Positions 1-9,175 of a DNA stretch of 64,000 nt are shown here, in pieces. How positions within the stretch are numbered: position 1 is the first letter of the stretch; each line of letters opens with the position of its first letter. Position numbers and translations under genes: made by a program. The notes beneath the pieces were generated by a model. That model was given only the letters and a program-made list of their open reading frames with translations. It had not been told where the DNA came from and searched no databases. The DNA comes from a virus: IMG/VR virus record IMGVR_UViG_3300009709_000003, positions 32,001 through 96,000 of that record, one strand, 5' to 3'.

Positions 1-2870
1 AGTGCTAGGGTACCACCTGTAAAGCCAGTGATACCGTTTGGGTTAGCAGAACTACCTACTAATCCTAGATGGTTTGCATCAATGCCGCCAAAAGCTAGCA
101 CACCGCTATCAAAATTAGCTGGGTCTGTACCAATACGAGCCGGCACCATCAAAGCGTATTCGGTTTCTCCAAACACTCCACTTTCTACATATTGCGAGAT
201 CGCAACGGCGTCTGGGTCACCAGAAACACCCAAATAAAGGGTGTTGCCGTTTGAAACTACAGCAGAGGTAGAAAAACTACCTGTAATGGTCAACATCCCA
301 CTTACATTAACGTTAGTGAAATTGCCGTTAGTCACAGATAACTGACCAGTTACGATTAAATTTTGGTTAACCGCAACGTTGCCAGAAAAATTGGCATTCG
401 CGGCATTTGTGAGTCCAGTAACCACCAAACCTGGGAAAGCAGTTGCGTTCAGCGTGGCGGGGATGTCGTTGGCCACCAAAGTACGGAAAGAAGGTGTGCC
501 AGAAGTGCCAGAAGCAGGGCCAAACAAACCAGTGTTCGCAGGTTGTGCAGGAATAGATAAGTCAGTAAAAGCAATTTGTTGAAAAGTTGGTGCGCCACCA
601 CTGGTTTGCGCAAGATACATTGGTGTAGCAGTGGAATTCACAACTGTCTGCGAAATAGACGACATACTATTGGCGTAGAACACACCTTCTGCAGTAAAAC
701 TAGTTAGACCCGTACCGCCTTGAGTAGTTGGCACGGTACCAGTGATTTGTGTAAAAGGCAATGACGGAATGTCGCTTGAAACCAGAGTACGATAGGAGGG
801 TGTGCCTGGCCCAGTGGACGGACCGGCAAACACGGTATTTTGTGCGGCATTTGATAAAGTGAACGCCAGAGTACCAGATGAAGTGATAGGCGAGCCTGAC
901 ACGGTCAAAAGCGATGATGGTACGGTAGCGGCAACAGAAGTAACAGTTCCAGAGACGGCTGGATTCGCATAAACAAGCGTGCCGCCCATATAAGTCAGAA
1001 CTTGGCCAGAAGTTGCACCAGTGGTAGAAATTTGCGATAGTGGAATCTGACCAGTCAAGAGAGTGACTGGTACTGAGCCAGAAGCCAACGTTCCAACACC
1101 AGTGATACCAGCATAAGAGCCACTTAGACGACTACTAGGGAGTGTCCCACTAGAGATATTGGATGCATTTGTGGTGTCTGTGGTTGCACTAGGTGCCAAC
1201 CCAGTAACCAGAGAGTTTGGTATGGACCCGGACACAAGCGTACCGACACCCGTAATACCGGCATACGTTCCTGTGACCAACGTCGAGGCAATAGTACCAG
1301 ATGTAATATTGCTTGCATTTGTTGTGTCAATCGTAGCGCTAGGTGCCAACCCAGTGATCTTAGAATATGAGAGATTTGGGATGTCTGTTGAAGTAAGAAT
1401 GCGGTACGTAGGCGCACCTGAACCACCAGTTGCAGGACCTGCAAACACAGTGTTCTGGGCAGCGTTAGCTAGAGTAAACACCAATGTACCAGAAGAGGTG
1501 ATCGGTGATCCAGAAATAGTGAGCAGTGTGGATGGCACAGAGGCAGCCACAGAAGTCACTGTACCATTAGTAGCGGGTGAAGCATACGTCAATGCACCAC
1601 CAGTGTATGTCAATATTTGACCATTTGTTGCACCAGTGGTCGAAATTTGCGTGAGAGGCAAAGAACCAGTCAACAATGACGTTGGAATTGATCCAGATAC
1701 AAGAGTGCCAACACCCGTAATACCAGCATATGTACCATTCAGTCTTCCACTTGGGAGTACACCAGACGTAATATTGCTCGCGTTTGTGGTGTCTGTGGTT
1801 GCGCTAGGTGCCAACCCTGTAACTAATGAAGATGGCACCGAACCGGATACAAGAGTGCCAACACCCGTAATACCAGCATACGTTCCATTTATTTGGTTTG
1901 ATGCAAGAGTGCCGGACGTAATATTGTTTGCATTGGTTGTGTCAATAACTGCACTTGGTGCCAAACCAGTGATTTTGGTGTAAGGTAACGACGGAATGTC
2001 CGTCGGAGTAAGTGCACGCAAAGATGCGCTGCCTGATGTTCCGTTCGGAGTAGCAAAAACTTGATTAGCTGTACCACTTGGTGGAGTAAAAGCCGCAGCT
2101 GGAGCCCAAGTGGTCCCATTCCAAGAAATAACCTGACCTGTAGTGGCGCTAGTTTGGTTAAGTTGAGACAGGTTTAACGACCCACGCAAATTTTGCAATG
2201 AATCGATATACATGCCTAAGATAACATTGCCATTCCAAACACCAGTTGTGACGGTTCCGATGTTCGTGCCACCAGTGTTGTTGAGAGTTACAGCACCGGA
2301 ATTGGGATCCATCGTCAAAAATGTTTGCCCGCTATTTACCTCTCCAATGTTTAGCATCCCAATAGAGGGGCCAGATGTAGAGATAGATATGGAATAATTA
2401 CGCGCTGTTCCAGTTTGTGCAGCAGTTGATACTAAGTGATAACTACCTGGACCAACATACACAGAAGCCCACCGAGCTGTACTCGTGCCCAAAGTGTAAG
2501 TATTGTCTACTGTTGGAGTGATATTTCCATTTGATTGAATCGAGCCGACAATCAGCACACCGCTTATATTGCCGTTGCCATTAACAGTGAGAGTGCTAGT
2601 GGGCGAAGACGTTCCTATGCCCAACATCTTGTTGACGTTGTCCCAATACAAACTAGCGTCACCAGAAAGTGCAGTTGCTGATGTCCAAAAAGTAACTTGA
2701 CCAGGTGCTCCGGTACCAGTTACGCCACTGTTAGGGTTGTTTGGATTAGTTCCGCCACCAGAAGAATCCTCGATAGGATCAAGAAGAGTTTGATTATTAG
2801 CCGTACCAGCATAAGAGATGCTAGATACAAAGAGGCTGCAAACTACGAATGGTAGAATTAAGGATTTCAT
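1..2870 (-). CDS. Tail-fibre-like repeat protein with N-terminal signal peptide; partial (>956 aa, runs off the left edge)
   Basis: Not in the ORF track (no stop in window). ATG at 2870 overlaps the upstream TGA (ATGA). Translates MKSLILPFVVCSLFVSSISYA-GT...YWDNVNKMLGIGTSSPTSTLTVNG...TYTLGTSTARWASVYV. G/T/S-rich with internal repeats (LAPSATTDTTNASNITSG, GTYAGITGVGTL, GTVTSVAATVPS..SGSPITSSGTL). Same frame reads sensibly at position 1. Confidence 0.8.
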   Translation of the reverse strand, partial: MKSLILPFVVCSLFVSSISYAGTANNQTLLDPIEDSSGGGTNPNNPNSGVTGTGAPGQVTFWTSATALSGDASLYWDNVNKMLGIGTSSPTSTLTVNGNGNISGVLIVGSIQSNGNITPTVDNTYTLGTSTARWASVYVGPGSYHLVSTAAQTGTARNYSISISTSGPSIGMLNIGEVNSGQTFLTMDPNSGAVTLNNTGGTNIGTVTTGVWNGNVILGMYIDSLQNLRGSLNLSQLNQTSATTGQVISWNGTTWAPAAAFTPPSGTANQVFATPNGTSGSASLRALTPTDIPSLPYTKITGLAPSAVIDTTNANNITSGTLASNQINGTYAGITGVGTLVSGSVPSSLVTGLAPSATTDTTNASNITSGVLPSGRLNGTYAGITGVGTLVSGSIPTSLLTGSLPLTQISTTGATNGQILTYTGGALTYASPATNGTVTSVAASVPSTLLTISGSPITSSGTLVFTLANAAQNTVFAGPATGGSGAPTYRILTSTDIPNLSYSKITGLAPSATIDTTNASNITSGTIASTLVTGTYAGITGVGTLVSGSIPNSLVTGLAPSATTDTTNASNISSGTLPSSRLSGSYAGITGVGTLASGSVPVTLLTGQIPLSQISTTGATSGQVLTYMGGTLVYANPAVSGTVTSVAATVPSSLLTVSGSPITSSGTLAFTLSNAAQNTVFAGPSTGPGTPSYRTLVSSDIPSLPFTQITGTVPTTQGGTGLTSFTAEGVFYANSMSSISQTVVNSTATPMYLAQTSGGAPTFQQIAFTDLSIPAQPANTGLFGPASGTSGTPSFRTLVANDIPATLNATAFPGLVVTGLTNAANANFSGNVAVNQNLIVTGQLSVTNGNFTNVNVSGMLTITGSFSTSAVVSNGNTLYLGVSGDPDAVAISQYVESGVFGETEYALMVPARIGTDPANFDSGVLAFGGIDANHLGLVGSSANPNGITGFTGGTLA

Positions 2871-3334
2871 TGTGATTGGACCTGAACCATAGCTAATAGA
2901 GTAATAGTATCACCAGAAGAAGCACCTGGGGCAGACGCCGTACACTGGAATGCTTTATAATTCATACCAAGGTTTACTATGAAACTGGTGTTGCCGGATA
3001 CTGATTTGGTGTAAGTGTAGTCGCTTAGAGTTCCTACGCCGGAAGACAGCGCAATTGATTGAACTTTACCAAAAGTGACTCCATCCAAAGATCCGGAACA
3101 CGACAAATTCACGTTGGTAGCAGACGAGTGGAAATAAATAACCTGTAGAGTAAGTTTGGTGTACCCATCAGTAAGAAGGGGATTAGTGGTAAGCGAATTT
3201 GCGTTTCCGTTAAGAGGAGCGTTTTGTATGCCAGTAGGCAATAGTTGTTGATATGCGGCACCCCATGCGATAGATGGGGATAAGCACGCTACACAAAATA
3301 ATATGCGTAATACGGTATGCTTAAATGAAGTCAT
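2867..3334 (-). CDS. Small beta-rich virion/secreted protein with signal peptide
   Basis: 155 aa; N-terminus MTSFKHTVLRILFCVACLSPSIAWGA; translationally coupled to the fibre gene. Confidence 0.65.
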   Translation of the reverse strand: MTSFKHTVLRILFCVACLSPSIAWGAAYQQLLPTGIQNAPLNGNANSLTTNPLLTDGYTKLTLQVIYFHSSATNVNLSCSGSLDGVTFGKVQSIALSSGVGTLSDYTYTKSVSGNTSFIVNLGMNYKAFQCTASAPGASSGDTITLLAMVQVQSQ

Positions 3335-3391
3335 ACCGGTTATTAGATGAAGGGAGGGTATTAGTATTCTATTCTATTATTTAGGTTATGC

Positions 3392-4306
3392 TTAAGCTTC
3401 AACGGTTTCAGTTGCTTCTTGAGCATCGACCAAGTCTTGGATCTTCTTCTTAGCTAGAGTCTTTGCAGACTTATAGTAACCTTGAGCACGCACACATTCC
3501 CAATCTTCGATCGCCATGTCTGGGATGTCTTCAAGTTCTTGAATCAACTGCATGGCCGGCATACGCTGCTCTTCAGGAAGTTCAGGGTTAACTTGTGCCA
3601 TCAAATGAAGCACGCGACCCTTAATGATCTCATCCATGGAAACTTCTTCTCCACGAACTCGATTACGTTCCCCAAAACGGGCTTCACCATTGGGACCCGA
3701 ACCATCAGACTCGACCACCCCTGGCAGGGGCTTTGGAACAGTAGAGGTAGTGAACGCGCCTTTATTGCTCAAGCGAGCACGTTGGTCTTCTGCAACCGAA
3801 ATAGCGGCATCAATATTGGGCTTACCGTCAGGAGTAGACAAACCTTTAGACACAGCCTTTTTCGTGAAATAGGCTACATACTCCTCGTCGTCCAACAACT
3901 GGAGAACCGGAGGACGACGAGCAAGCAACTTACGCAAGTCCATAGAACGCTTAATCACGTCAAATGGAAAATACTGAGTAAGATTGATCGGATCCCGCAT
4001 GTTAGGAAGCAAAAAAGGTTCGTGCATACCCTGCTCGATAGGGAACGACAGGGAAATTTGTGCTGAAGACAAGTTCTGAATGTAAACATTACGTTCAGTC
4101 TTAAAATACTCTGTGTGATTCAAAATAGCCATTGTTTTTTTCCTTTGTGGATTTTCTATAATATACGTCAACCGAATCGTAAACGGGTCTTTGGAATGGA
4201 TAGTTGCCTTATTCTCTTTTAAGAGTTTACGTGCTGCACTAGAATTCGTTCTTTCAAGGAACGTTCCCGCTGCATCCATTACAAGTACGTCTGAATTCTT
4301 AGACAT
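3392..4306 (-). CDS. Late phage protein with N-terminal IscB/RRXRR PLMP-like domain; probable internal start at 4132
   Basis: First ~48 aa VLVMDAAGTFLERTNSSAARKLLKENKATIHSKDPFTIRL match the PLMP-domain pattern; AAAGGA RBS precedes internal MAILNHTEY. Confidence 0.65.
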   Translation of the reverse strand: MSKNSDVLVMDAAGTFLERTNSSAARKLLKENKATIHSKDPFTIRLTYIIENPQRKKTMAILNHTEYFKTERNVYIQNLSSAQISLSFPIEQGMHEPFLLPNMRDPINLTQYFPFDVIKRSMDLRKLLARRPPVLQLLDDEEYVAYFTKKAVSKGLSTPDGKPNIDAAISVAEDQRARLSNKGAFTTSTVPKPLPGVVESDGSGPNGEARFGERNRVRGEEVSMDEIIKGRVLHLMAQVNPELPEEQRMPAMQLIQELEDIPDMAIEDWECVRAQGYYKSAKTLAKKKIQDLVDAQEATETVEA

Positions 4307-4430
4307 CTACTACAGATAGCCACTGTTTAGACCATGAAGGTCTGGGAGTTTCACCCTGACATACTTTAAGTGTTACCTCAAAGTAGTGTATTGTAGCACT
4401 TTCGTGCTCTCCCTAGCGAAATGCTAGGGG
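4307..4430 (-). ncRNA. Candidate structured RNA leader (five consecutive hairpins including a T-loop)
   Basis: On the minus strand: CCCUAGC/GCUAGGG, AGCAC-GAAA-GUGCU, UACUUUGAG/CUUAAAGUA, GGG-UGAAA-CU-CCC and AGACC/GGUCU fill the intergenic gap. Confidence 0.5.
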
Positions 4431-4988
4431 TTATGGGCTAGTGTTGGGGGCGGTGTTGCGAGTAATATTCGCGTAGATAGTATCAATATCAGTAGCTAGA
4501 TGGCTGGTATATGCGATGCCGTGCTTCTCCATAAAGATCTGGAGAAGAGCGGATTTCTCATCGGAATCTTTAGTATCTGAATAGCGACCACGCTGGTCTA
4601 CTTCTGATACACGATGAATGAAATAATTGTGGTAAGTAACACCATACAGTTGTTGAACAATGCGCATATACTGCATAGGAAGGTCTTTGACCAATTGAAA
4701 ACTTTCTGGATTATACACTTGCTCATAAAAAGAACAGAGATAAATAGGACAGTCTGTAATAATAAAATCTACTTTCCCAAACAGAATACTCTCTTTGTGG
4801 CTCTGTTTGCCAAAGAAATAGATCTCATCAAGTGGTCCAGGCATAATGCCGCGATAAGCCCAAGACTTAACATATTCGTTCACAAGTTCTGCAGAGAACC
4901 CATTACTCTTAAGTTTGTGGAAAAGTCCGGCTGCAAGCGTGGATTTACCGGCACCAGCGGCACCAGCAAGATTGATAACAGTAGTCAT
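4431..4988 (-). CDS. P-loop kinase/NTPase (NadR/Ttd14 AAA-like)
   Basis: VINLAGAAGAGKST Walker A; ELVNEYVK; IITDCP; QRGR lid. Confidence 0.75.
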   Translation of the reverse strand: MTTVINLAGAAGAGKSTLAAGLFHKLKSNGFSAELVNEYVKSWAYRGIMPGPLDEIYFFGKQSHKESILFGKVDFIITDCPIYLCSFYEQVYNPESFQLVKDLPMQYMRIVQQLYGVTYHNYFIHRVSEVDQRGRYSDTKDSDEKSALLQIFMEKHGIAYTSHLATDIDTIYANITRNTAPNTSP

Positions 4989-5224
4989 TAATAATCCTTT
5001 TGTTTGTAAATTTCTTTATACTTCTGATCGAACAATTGCATTTGTAGGAGGTGTTTGGTCTGGAGCAGCTCGTGAATGGCAAACGCTACCCCTGGCAGGT
5101 GTGAAGCCGGGGTTAGGTCATGAATGGCTTTAGAAGTCACCGCAAGGGCCTTTTCGAGCATAACTGTGGAGTATCTATGGGTCTCTCTTTTCAAACCGGT
5201 CTTTATGTCGTAAATCTTAGCCAC
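4988..5224 (-). CDS. Hypothetical protein
   Basis: 78 aa, coupled to both neighbours. Confidence 0.55.
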   Translation of the reverse strand: MAKIYDIKTGLKRETHRYSTVMLEKALAVTSKAIHDLTPASHLPGVAFAIHELLQTKHLLQMQLFDQKYKEIYKQKDY

Positions 5225-6299
5225 GCATCACCATACGAGCTAAATCCATGGATGTAGGACGAGACAACGCGATTCCCATACCGTTGCAACACATCCCGAC
5301 ATAGACATTGGTTCGATGAGGCACTTTTTCAACTACGGGTCTACTATTCGGCGTAAATGCCATAATCCCCGACCACCCATAGTCAATTTCAATCTGTTCT
5401 TGTGTAATGTCAGACAATACAGAAAGTAAGTAATCCTTAATTTTATCTGTATTTTCAAATTCTAGAGTGTTCTCGGTGGAAAAACTCTGATTCCGACCAC
5501 CACCAATCAACACCCGATTCCCTATCACCGGTCTAAAATACACGTACCCTTTATCATAATGGGTAGGACAATACACTGGGTTCTGTTTCTTTAAAGGTTT
5601 TGTTACATAAACTTGACCACGCCCAGGCGTGATATTGCCATATTCAGGTAGCAGTTTGCTAGTAAAAGCGTTCGTACAAACAACCAGGTTATTGTATTCT
5701 AAGCGACGACCGTCTTTGAGTTCGACATTCCAGTCATGAATAGCTTTTACTTCTCCATCCAAGAAAGTGACGCTATTTAATTTACACGTTTTATGAAGGT
5801 GCTGTAGAACTTTCACAGGGTCTATCATGTGCTCAAATCGATTTTTGATATACTGGTACTTAAGGTTAAGACCTTTTGGAGCCGTAACGACAGTGTAGTA
5901 TCTCTCCATGTCGCGAGACTCAAGCTCCTTTGCATAATTCACACCACCAGGATCTGCACGTACAACTTCTAGACCTTCACGACAAGAAGGTATAATGCAG
6001 TACTTATCGTACTTATTATATTCATCGTAGAACAACCGAATTCCATCTAGTCGATTGGTAAGAATTTCTCTTGCCTTGCGTTTACCAAGAACTTTTTCGG
6101 TAGCAAGATATTCCTCAAAAGACCCGTAAGTAAGGAACCCAGCGTTGTTTGTAGACGCGCCCTTTAGGCCGTTATCAATCAAAAGTACACACTTACCATT
6201 AACCGCCAATTCCAGCGCGGTCATGCTACCAAGTAGCCCGGCACCGACAACAATGACGTCGTAGGCGTCTCGCTTCATTTGCCAATGTGATGTGTTCAT
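5217..6299 (-). CDS. FAD-dependent oxidoreductase (D-amino-acid oxidase/glycine oxidase/PuuB-like)
   Basis: DVIVVGAGLLG dinucleotide fold, GASTNNAG, PGRGQV, WSGIMAFTPN, CNGMGIAL. Confidence 0.85.
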   Translation of the reverse strand: MNTSHWQMKRDAYDVIVVGAGLLGSMTALELAVNGKCVLLIDNGLKGASTNNAGFLTYGSFEEYLATEKVLGKRKAREILTNRLDGIRLFYDEYNKYDKYCIIPSCREGLEVVRADPGGVNYAKELESRDMERYYTVVTAPKGLNLKYQYIKNRFEHMIDPVKVLQHLHKTCKLNSVTFLDGEVKAIHDWNVELKDGRRLEYNNLVVCTNAFTSKLLPEYGNITPGRGQVYVTKPLKKQNPVYCPTHYDKGYVYFRPVIGNRVLIGGGRNQSFSTENTLEFENTDKIKDYLLSVLSDITQEQIEIDYGWSGIMAFTPNSRPVVEKVPHRTNVYVGMCCNGMGIALSRPTSMDLARMVMRG

Positions 6300-6300
6300 G

Positions 6301-6684
6301 TTAGTTTACCAAAGAATCGTCTACCTTGGTGTCTTCTTCATCGATGAGAAATTTGAACGTGACGGCTTCTGTAGCGAAAATCTTATCGTCCGGAATATGT
6401 TCCGCATCAAGAGCGTCGATAATCTTTACGTCGCCGTTAGCGTCCTCGACCAAGCAAACATAGTATTGGTCGTAGCCGTATTCAATACCGTCGTTAATTG
6501 TGTCGAGCATTTTATGTGCGATTTCCTCAAGCACACATGGCTCTTCATGTTGGTGATCGGCGTGTTCTTCTAGAACACGAACGGCCCAATTCTCAACAGC
6601 TGCCACTTTCTGTTGGGCTTCGTCGCGTTCAGCAAGAATGTCTTCGATGTCTGCGTCTGTGTAGTGCTTGTATTTTTCCAGCAT
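6301..6684 (-). CDS. Hypothetical acidic protein
   Basis: 127 aa in operon. Confidence 0.55.
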   Translation of the reverse strand: MLEKYKHYTDADIEDILAERDEAQQKVAAVENWAVRVLEEHADHQHEEPCVLEEIAHKMLDTINDGIEYGYDQYYVCLVEDANGDVKIIDALDAEHIPDDKIFATEAVTFKFLIDEEDTKVDDSLVN

Positions 6685-6714
6685 GCAGCGATATAAGGCA
6701 GGACGACAAACAGA

Positions 6715-6990
6715 TTATCTATTTGAAACGGTTTCCACATTTAACAGCTTGAAGTTAAAGGATCCAGACTTAGCAAATATTTTCAACATATCTAACTCAG
6801 CCGCAGCCGCGCTTACCGCTTCTATGTCATGGTATGATTTATGCCACATTTGATCAGTTATTTCTAACTCTTCGTCGTTTGTGTCATAAAAAGTTATTCC
6901 GCCAGAAAGGTTGCTGGTGGGTACGTATTCATGATTTTCTGGTAGAATCAGCTCCAGGAAGAATACTCTATACTTGAACAATTTCTTCAT
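6715..6990 (-). CDS. Hypothetical protein
   Basis: 91 aa in operon. Confidence 0.5.
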   Translation of the reverse strand: MKKLFKYRVFFLELILPENHEYVPTSNLSGGITFYDTNDEELEITDQMWHKSYHDIEAVSAAAAELDMLKIFAKSGSFNFKLLNVETVSNR

Positions 6991-7020
6991 ATATTATGTA
7001 TAGTTTATTTTACCACCAAA

Positions 7021-7788
7021 TTATATAATAGACCAAATGTATTCAAGAGGCAATTTGTCGCCCTTACTGGAGTTACATTTCGAGCATGCGGGGACTATAT
7101 TGGAAATGGCGTGGGACGAGTTTGAACCATAAAGGATAGGGACTAGATGCTCCTTAGTACGCTTGGTGGGACCTTTACTATTAGTTAGTTCAACATCACA
7201 AAAAGCACAACGATTCTTGAACTCTTCTACACGTGCTGCCCATTCTGCTTTGGTGTGCTTACCAGGGACATTGGCCTTACGGGCGCGACGTACACCCACA
7301 GAGGCCAAGACGGTTGCTTTACGCGCGGGGTCCGTGTTGTATTTTAGTCGATTCTGTTCCTTGCGCAATTCCTTGCCTTCTACACTAAGATTGGCATAAT
7401 AGTTTGCGTTACGTGCCTTAATTTTTTCTTTATTTTCGGGCGTGTTAGCGTTTTGTCTCTTCTTCAAGCGCACTGTGGGTGTATAAACTTCATAGCAACG
7501 CTTACATACGCCAAACGCCGCGTGCTTGTGCTCACTCCAACACCACCAACATTTGATAATTTTACGCTTATGACCATTTGCCTTAACACGAACAGCCCTT
7601 TTTAATTTCTGTTCTGGCGATGAGATATAACACTTATGACACACATCCTTACCAGCTGGTCGTCCTGATCTGCCGCATTTTATACACTGCACTTGCCGTG
7701 ACTTATCGTAACACAATTTACAGAGGCCAAATGCTTCATGTCGCTTTGACTTACCACACATGGAGCATGTAATAATACGTTTAGACAT
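7021..7788 (-). CDS. HNH endonuclease with N-terminal Cys/His zinc-finger repeats (homing-type)
   Basis: CAFC...EHLVP...H..SNIVPACSKCNSSKG; three CxxC...CxxCY repeats. Confidence 0.85.
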   Translation of the reverse strand: MSKRIITCSMCGKSKRHEAFGLCKLCYDKSRQVQCIKCGRSGRPAGKDVCHKCYISSPEQKLKRAVRVKANGHKRKIIKCWWCWSEHKHAAFGVCKRCYEVYTPTVRLKKRQNANTPENKEKIKARNANYYANLSVEGKELRKEQNRLKYNTDPARKATVLASVGVRRARKANVPGKHTKAEWAARVEEFKNRCAFCDVELTNSKGPTKRTKEHLVPILYGSNSSHAISNIVPACSKCNSSKGDKLPLEYIWSII

Positions 7789-7837
7789 TTCAATATTATA
7801 ACACGGTTTAATTTAAGATTAATATGCAGGATACAGA

Positions 7838-7859
7838 TGAGGGGGCTTGCGCCCCCTCA
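7838..7859 (-). terminator. Hairpin downstream of the capsid gene (probable terminator)
   Basis: TGAGGGGGC-GCAA-GCCCCCTCA 9-bp stem about 30 nt after the MCP stop; weak U-tract. Confidence 0.55.
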
Positions 7860-7887
7860 AAAGTTATCAATATTACTTAAGAATTCT

Positions 7888-9102
7888 TTACTTCATAGCT
7901 TTGGAGACTGCACGAGGATTCGCAATACCGAATCCGAGAAGTTCCATAAAGGCCCATCCCTTAGTAGTCCTTCTTTGGTTAAAGTTGTTGAAGGGTTCCG
8001 AGAACAATTCAACACGCACGCCCATTTCGCCCAAGTACTCCGAAGCAGTCGAAGCGTAGACGCTACCAGCGGGAACAACTTCTTCAACACCCGTACCTGC
8101 AGCAGTGATAATCTGCGCATTCAAGATGTTGCCGATGTAACCAGCCAAGATCAACTCGCGCTCCGTCACAGGGTCAACCGAAGCCGCCATCGTGGTCACG
8201 ATGTCCGACAACTCGGCACGGTTGATGAGGAATTTTTCCACCATCAATCGATGACGCTCAACCTGATAGCGAGTAGCTTCAAACGCTGCCACGTTCAAGG
8301 TCGCAAACATCGTCAAGGAGTTAACCGTGGTGGCCGCGCGATCAAGCAACGCCAAACCACGCTTGTCCTCTTCGAGTTCGATTTCCTGACGAGCTGTATC
8401 TTGTGCACGATCCAAGACGTCGTAGTTCATCTGATAGATTTCCTCGATGTCCACCGTGGGGAACGAGGTAATCTTGAACTCCGAGGGCTGAATGTACTTA
8501 CCGTACAAACGGCTCTCAATCGACTGACCGTCTTGACCGATCACCCAAGCGCTCGAACGAACGTCCTTGGCGATACGGAACAATTCACCTTGGCCAAGGG
8601 GACGAACGCGGTACACCTTACGTGCCCAACCTTCGTAATCCACAATGTCCTTGATGGGGAGCAGCAGTTCTTGACCGACAATGGCAAAGCCTTCACCCGT
8701 AGGATCAGACAAAGCCGCAGCCAAAACCTTCTTGCGCTCTTCGGAAGCCATCGAAGTCGATGCCTGACGATAGAACGAAGCGCCCGACTTCTTGGTAACC
8801 GTCTGCAACAGATACGCAATCTGCTTCAGAGCGTCGCCTTTGTCATAAGCGTTGAGTTCACCACCCTTGTCGAACATACGATTGTTCAGGTTGGTGCTAC
8901 CAACGGCTTGACGAATGCCACTACGGGTTTCCTCACCAGCATATGCGGTGGGGTTGAAATCACCAGCGCCGTCGTACACAGTCTCTTCGTGTGCGGCGGT
9001 GAGGTTCTTCTTTTGACGTGCTGCCATCCGGCTCTGACCCGCGTTCGCAGGCGCTGCCCCGGACCCAGCTTGCTTGCGGTACGGATTAATCTGATTAGCC
9101 AT
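7888..9102 (-). CDS. Major capsid protein (HK97-fold) with N-terminal propeptide
   Basis: 404 aa, strong codon bias, GGAG RBS, downstream of protease and decoration genes; PIKDIVDYEGWARK, YDVLDRAQDTARQEIELEED, GWAFMELLGFGIANPRAV. Confidence 0.85.
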   Translation of the reverse strand: MANQINPYRKQAGSGAAPANAGQSRMAARQKKNLTAAHEETVYDGAGDFNPTAYAGEETRSGIRQAVGSTNLNNRMFDKGGELNAYDKGDALKQIAYLLQTVTKKSGASFYRQASTSMASEERKKVLAAALSDPTGEGFAIVGQELLLPIKDIVDYEGWARKVYRVRPLGQGELFRIAKDVRSSAWVIGQDGQSIESRLYGKYIQPSEFKITSFPTVDIEEIYQMNYDVLDRAQDTARQEIELEEDKRGLALLDRAATTVNSLTMFATLNVAAFEATRYQVERHRLMVEKFLINRAELSDIVTTMAASVDPVTERELILAGYIGNILNAQIITAAGTGVEEVVPAGSVYASTASEYLGEMGVRVELFSEPFNNFNQRRTTKGWAFMELLGFGIANPRAVSKAMK

Positions 9103-9175
9103 AATTCTCTTCTCCTAAAACAAAAAGTTTGACAATTAGTTAAGGACGGGAGCCATCTCCCGATCCGGGTTAAAA

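Noticed and set aside
28-2397. Plus-strand Val/Pro-rich ORFs in the track
   Set aside because: Antisense shadows of the real minus-strand fibre gene.
3392-4306. Intact IscB/IsrB nuclease or IS200/605 element
   Set aside because: No RuvC or HNH motifs, bridge helix or transposase; only the N-terminal domain matches.
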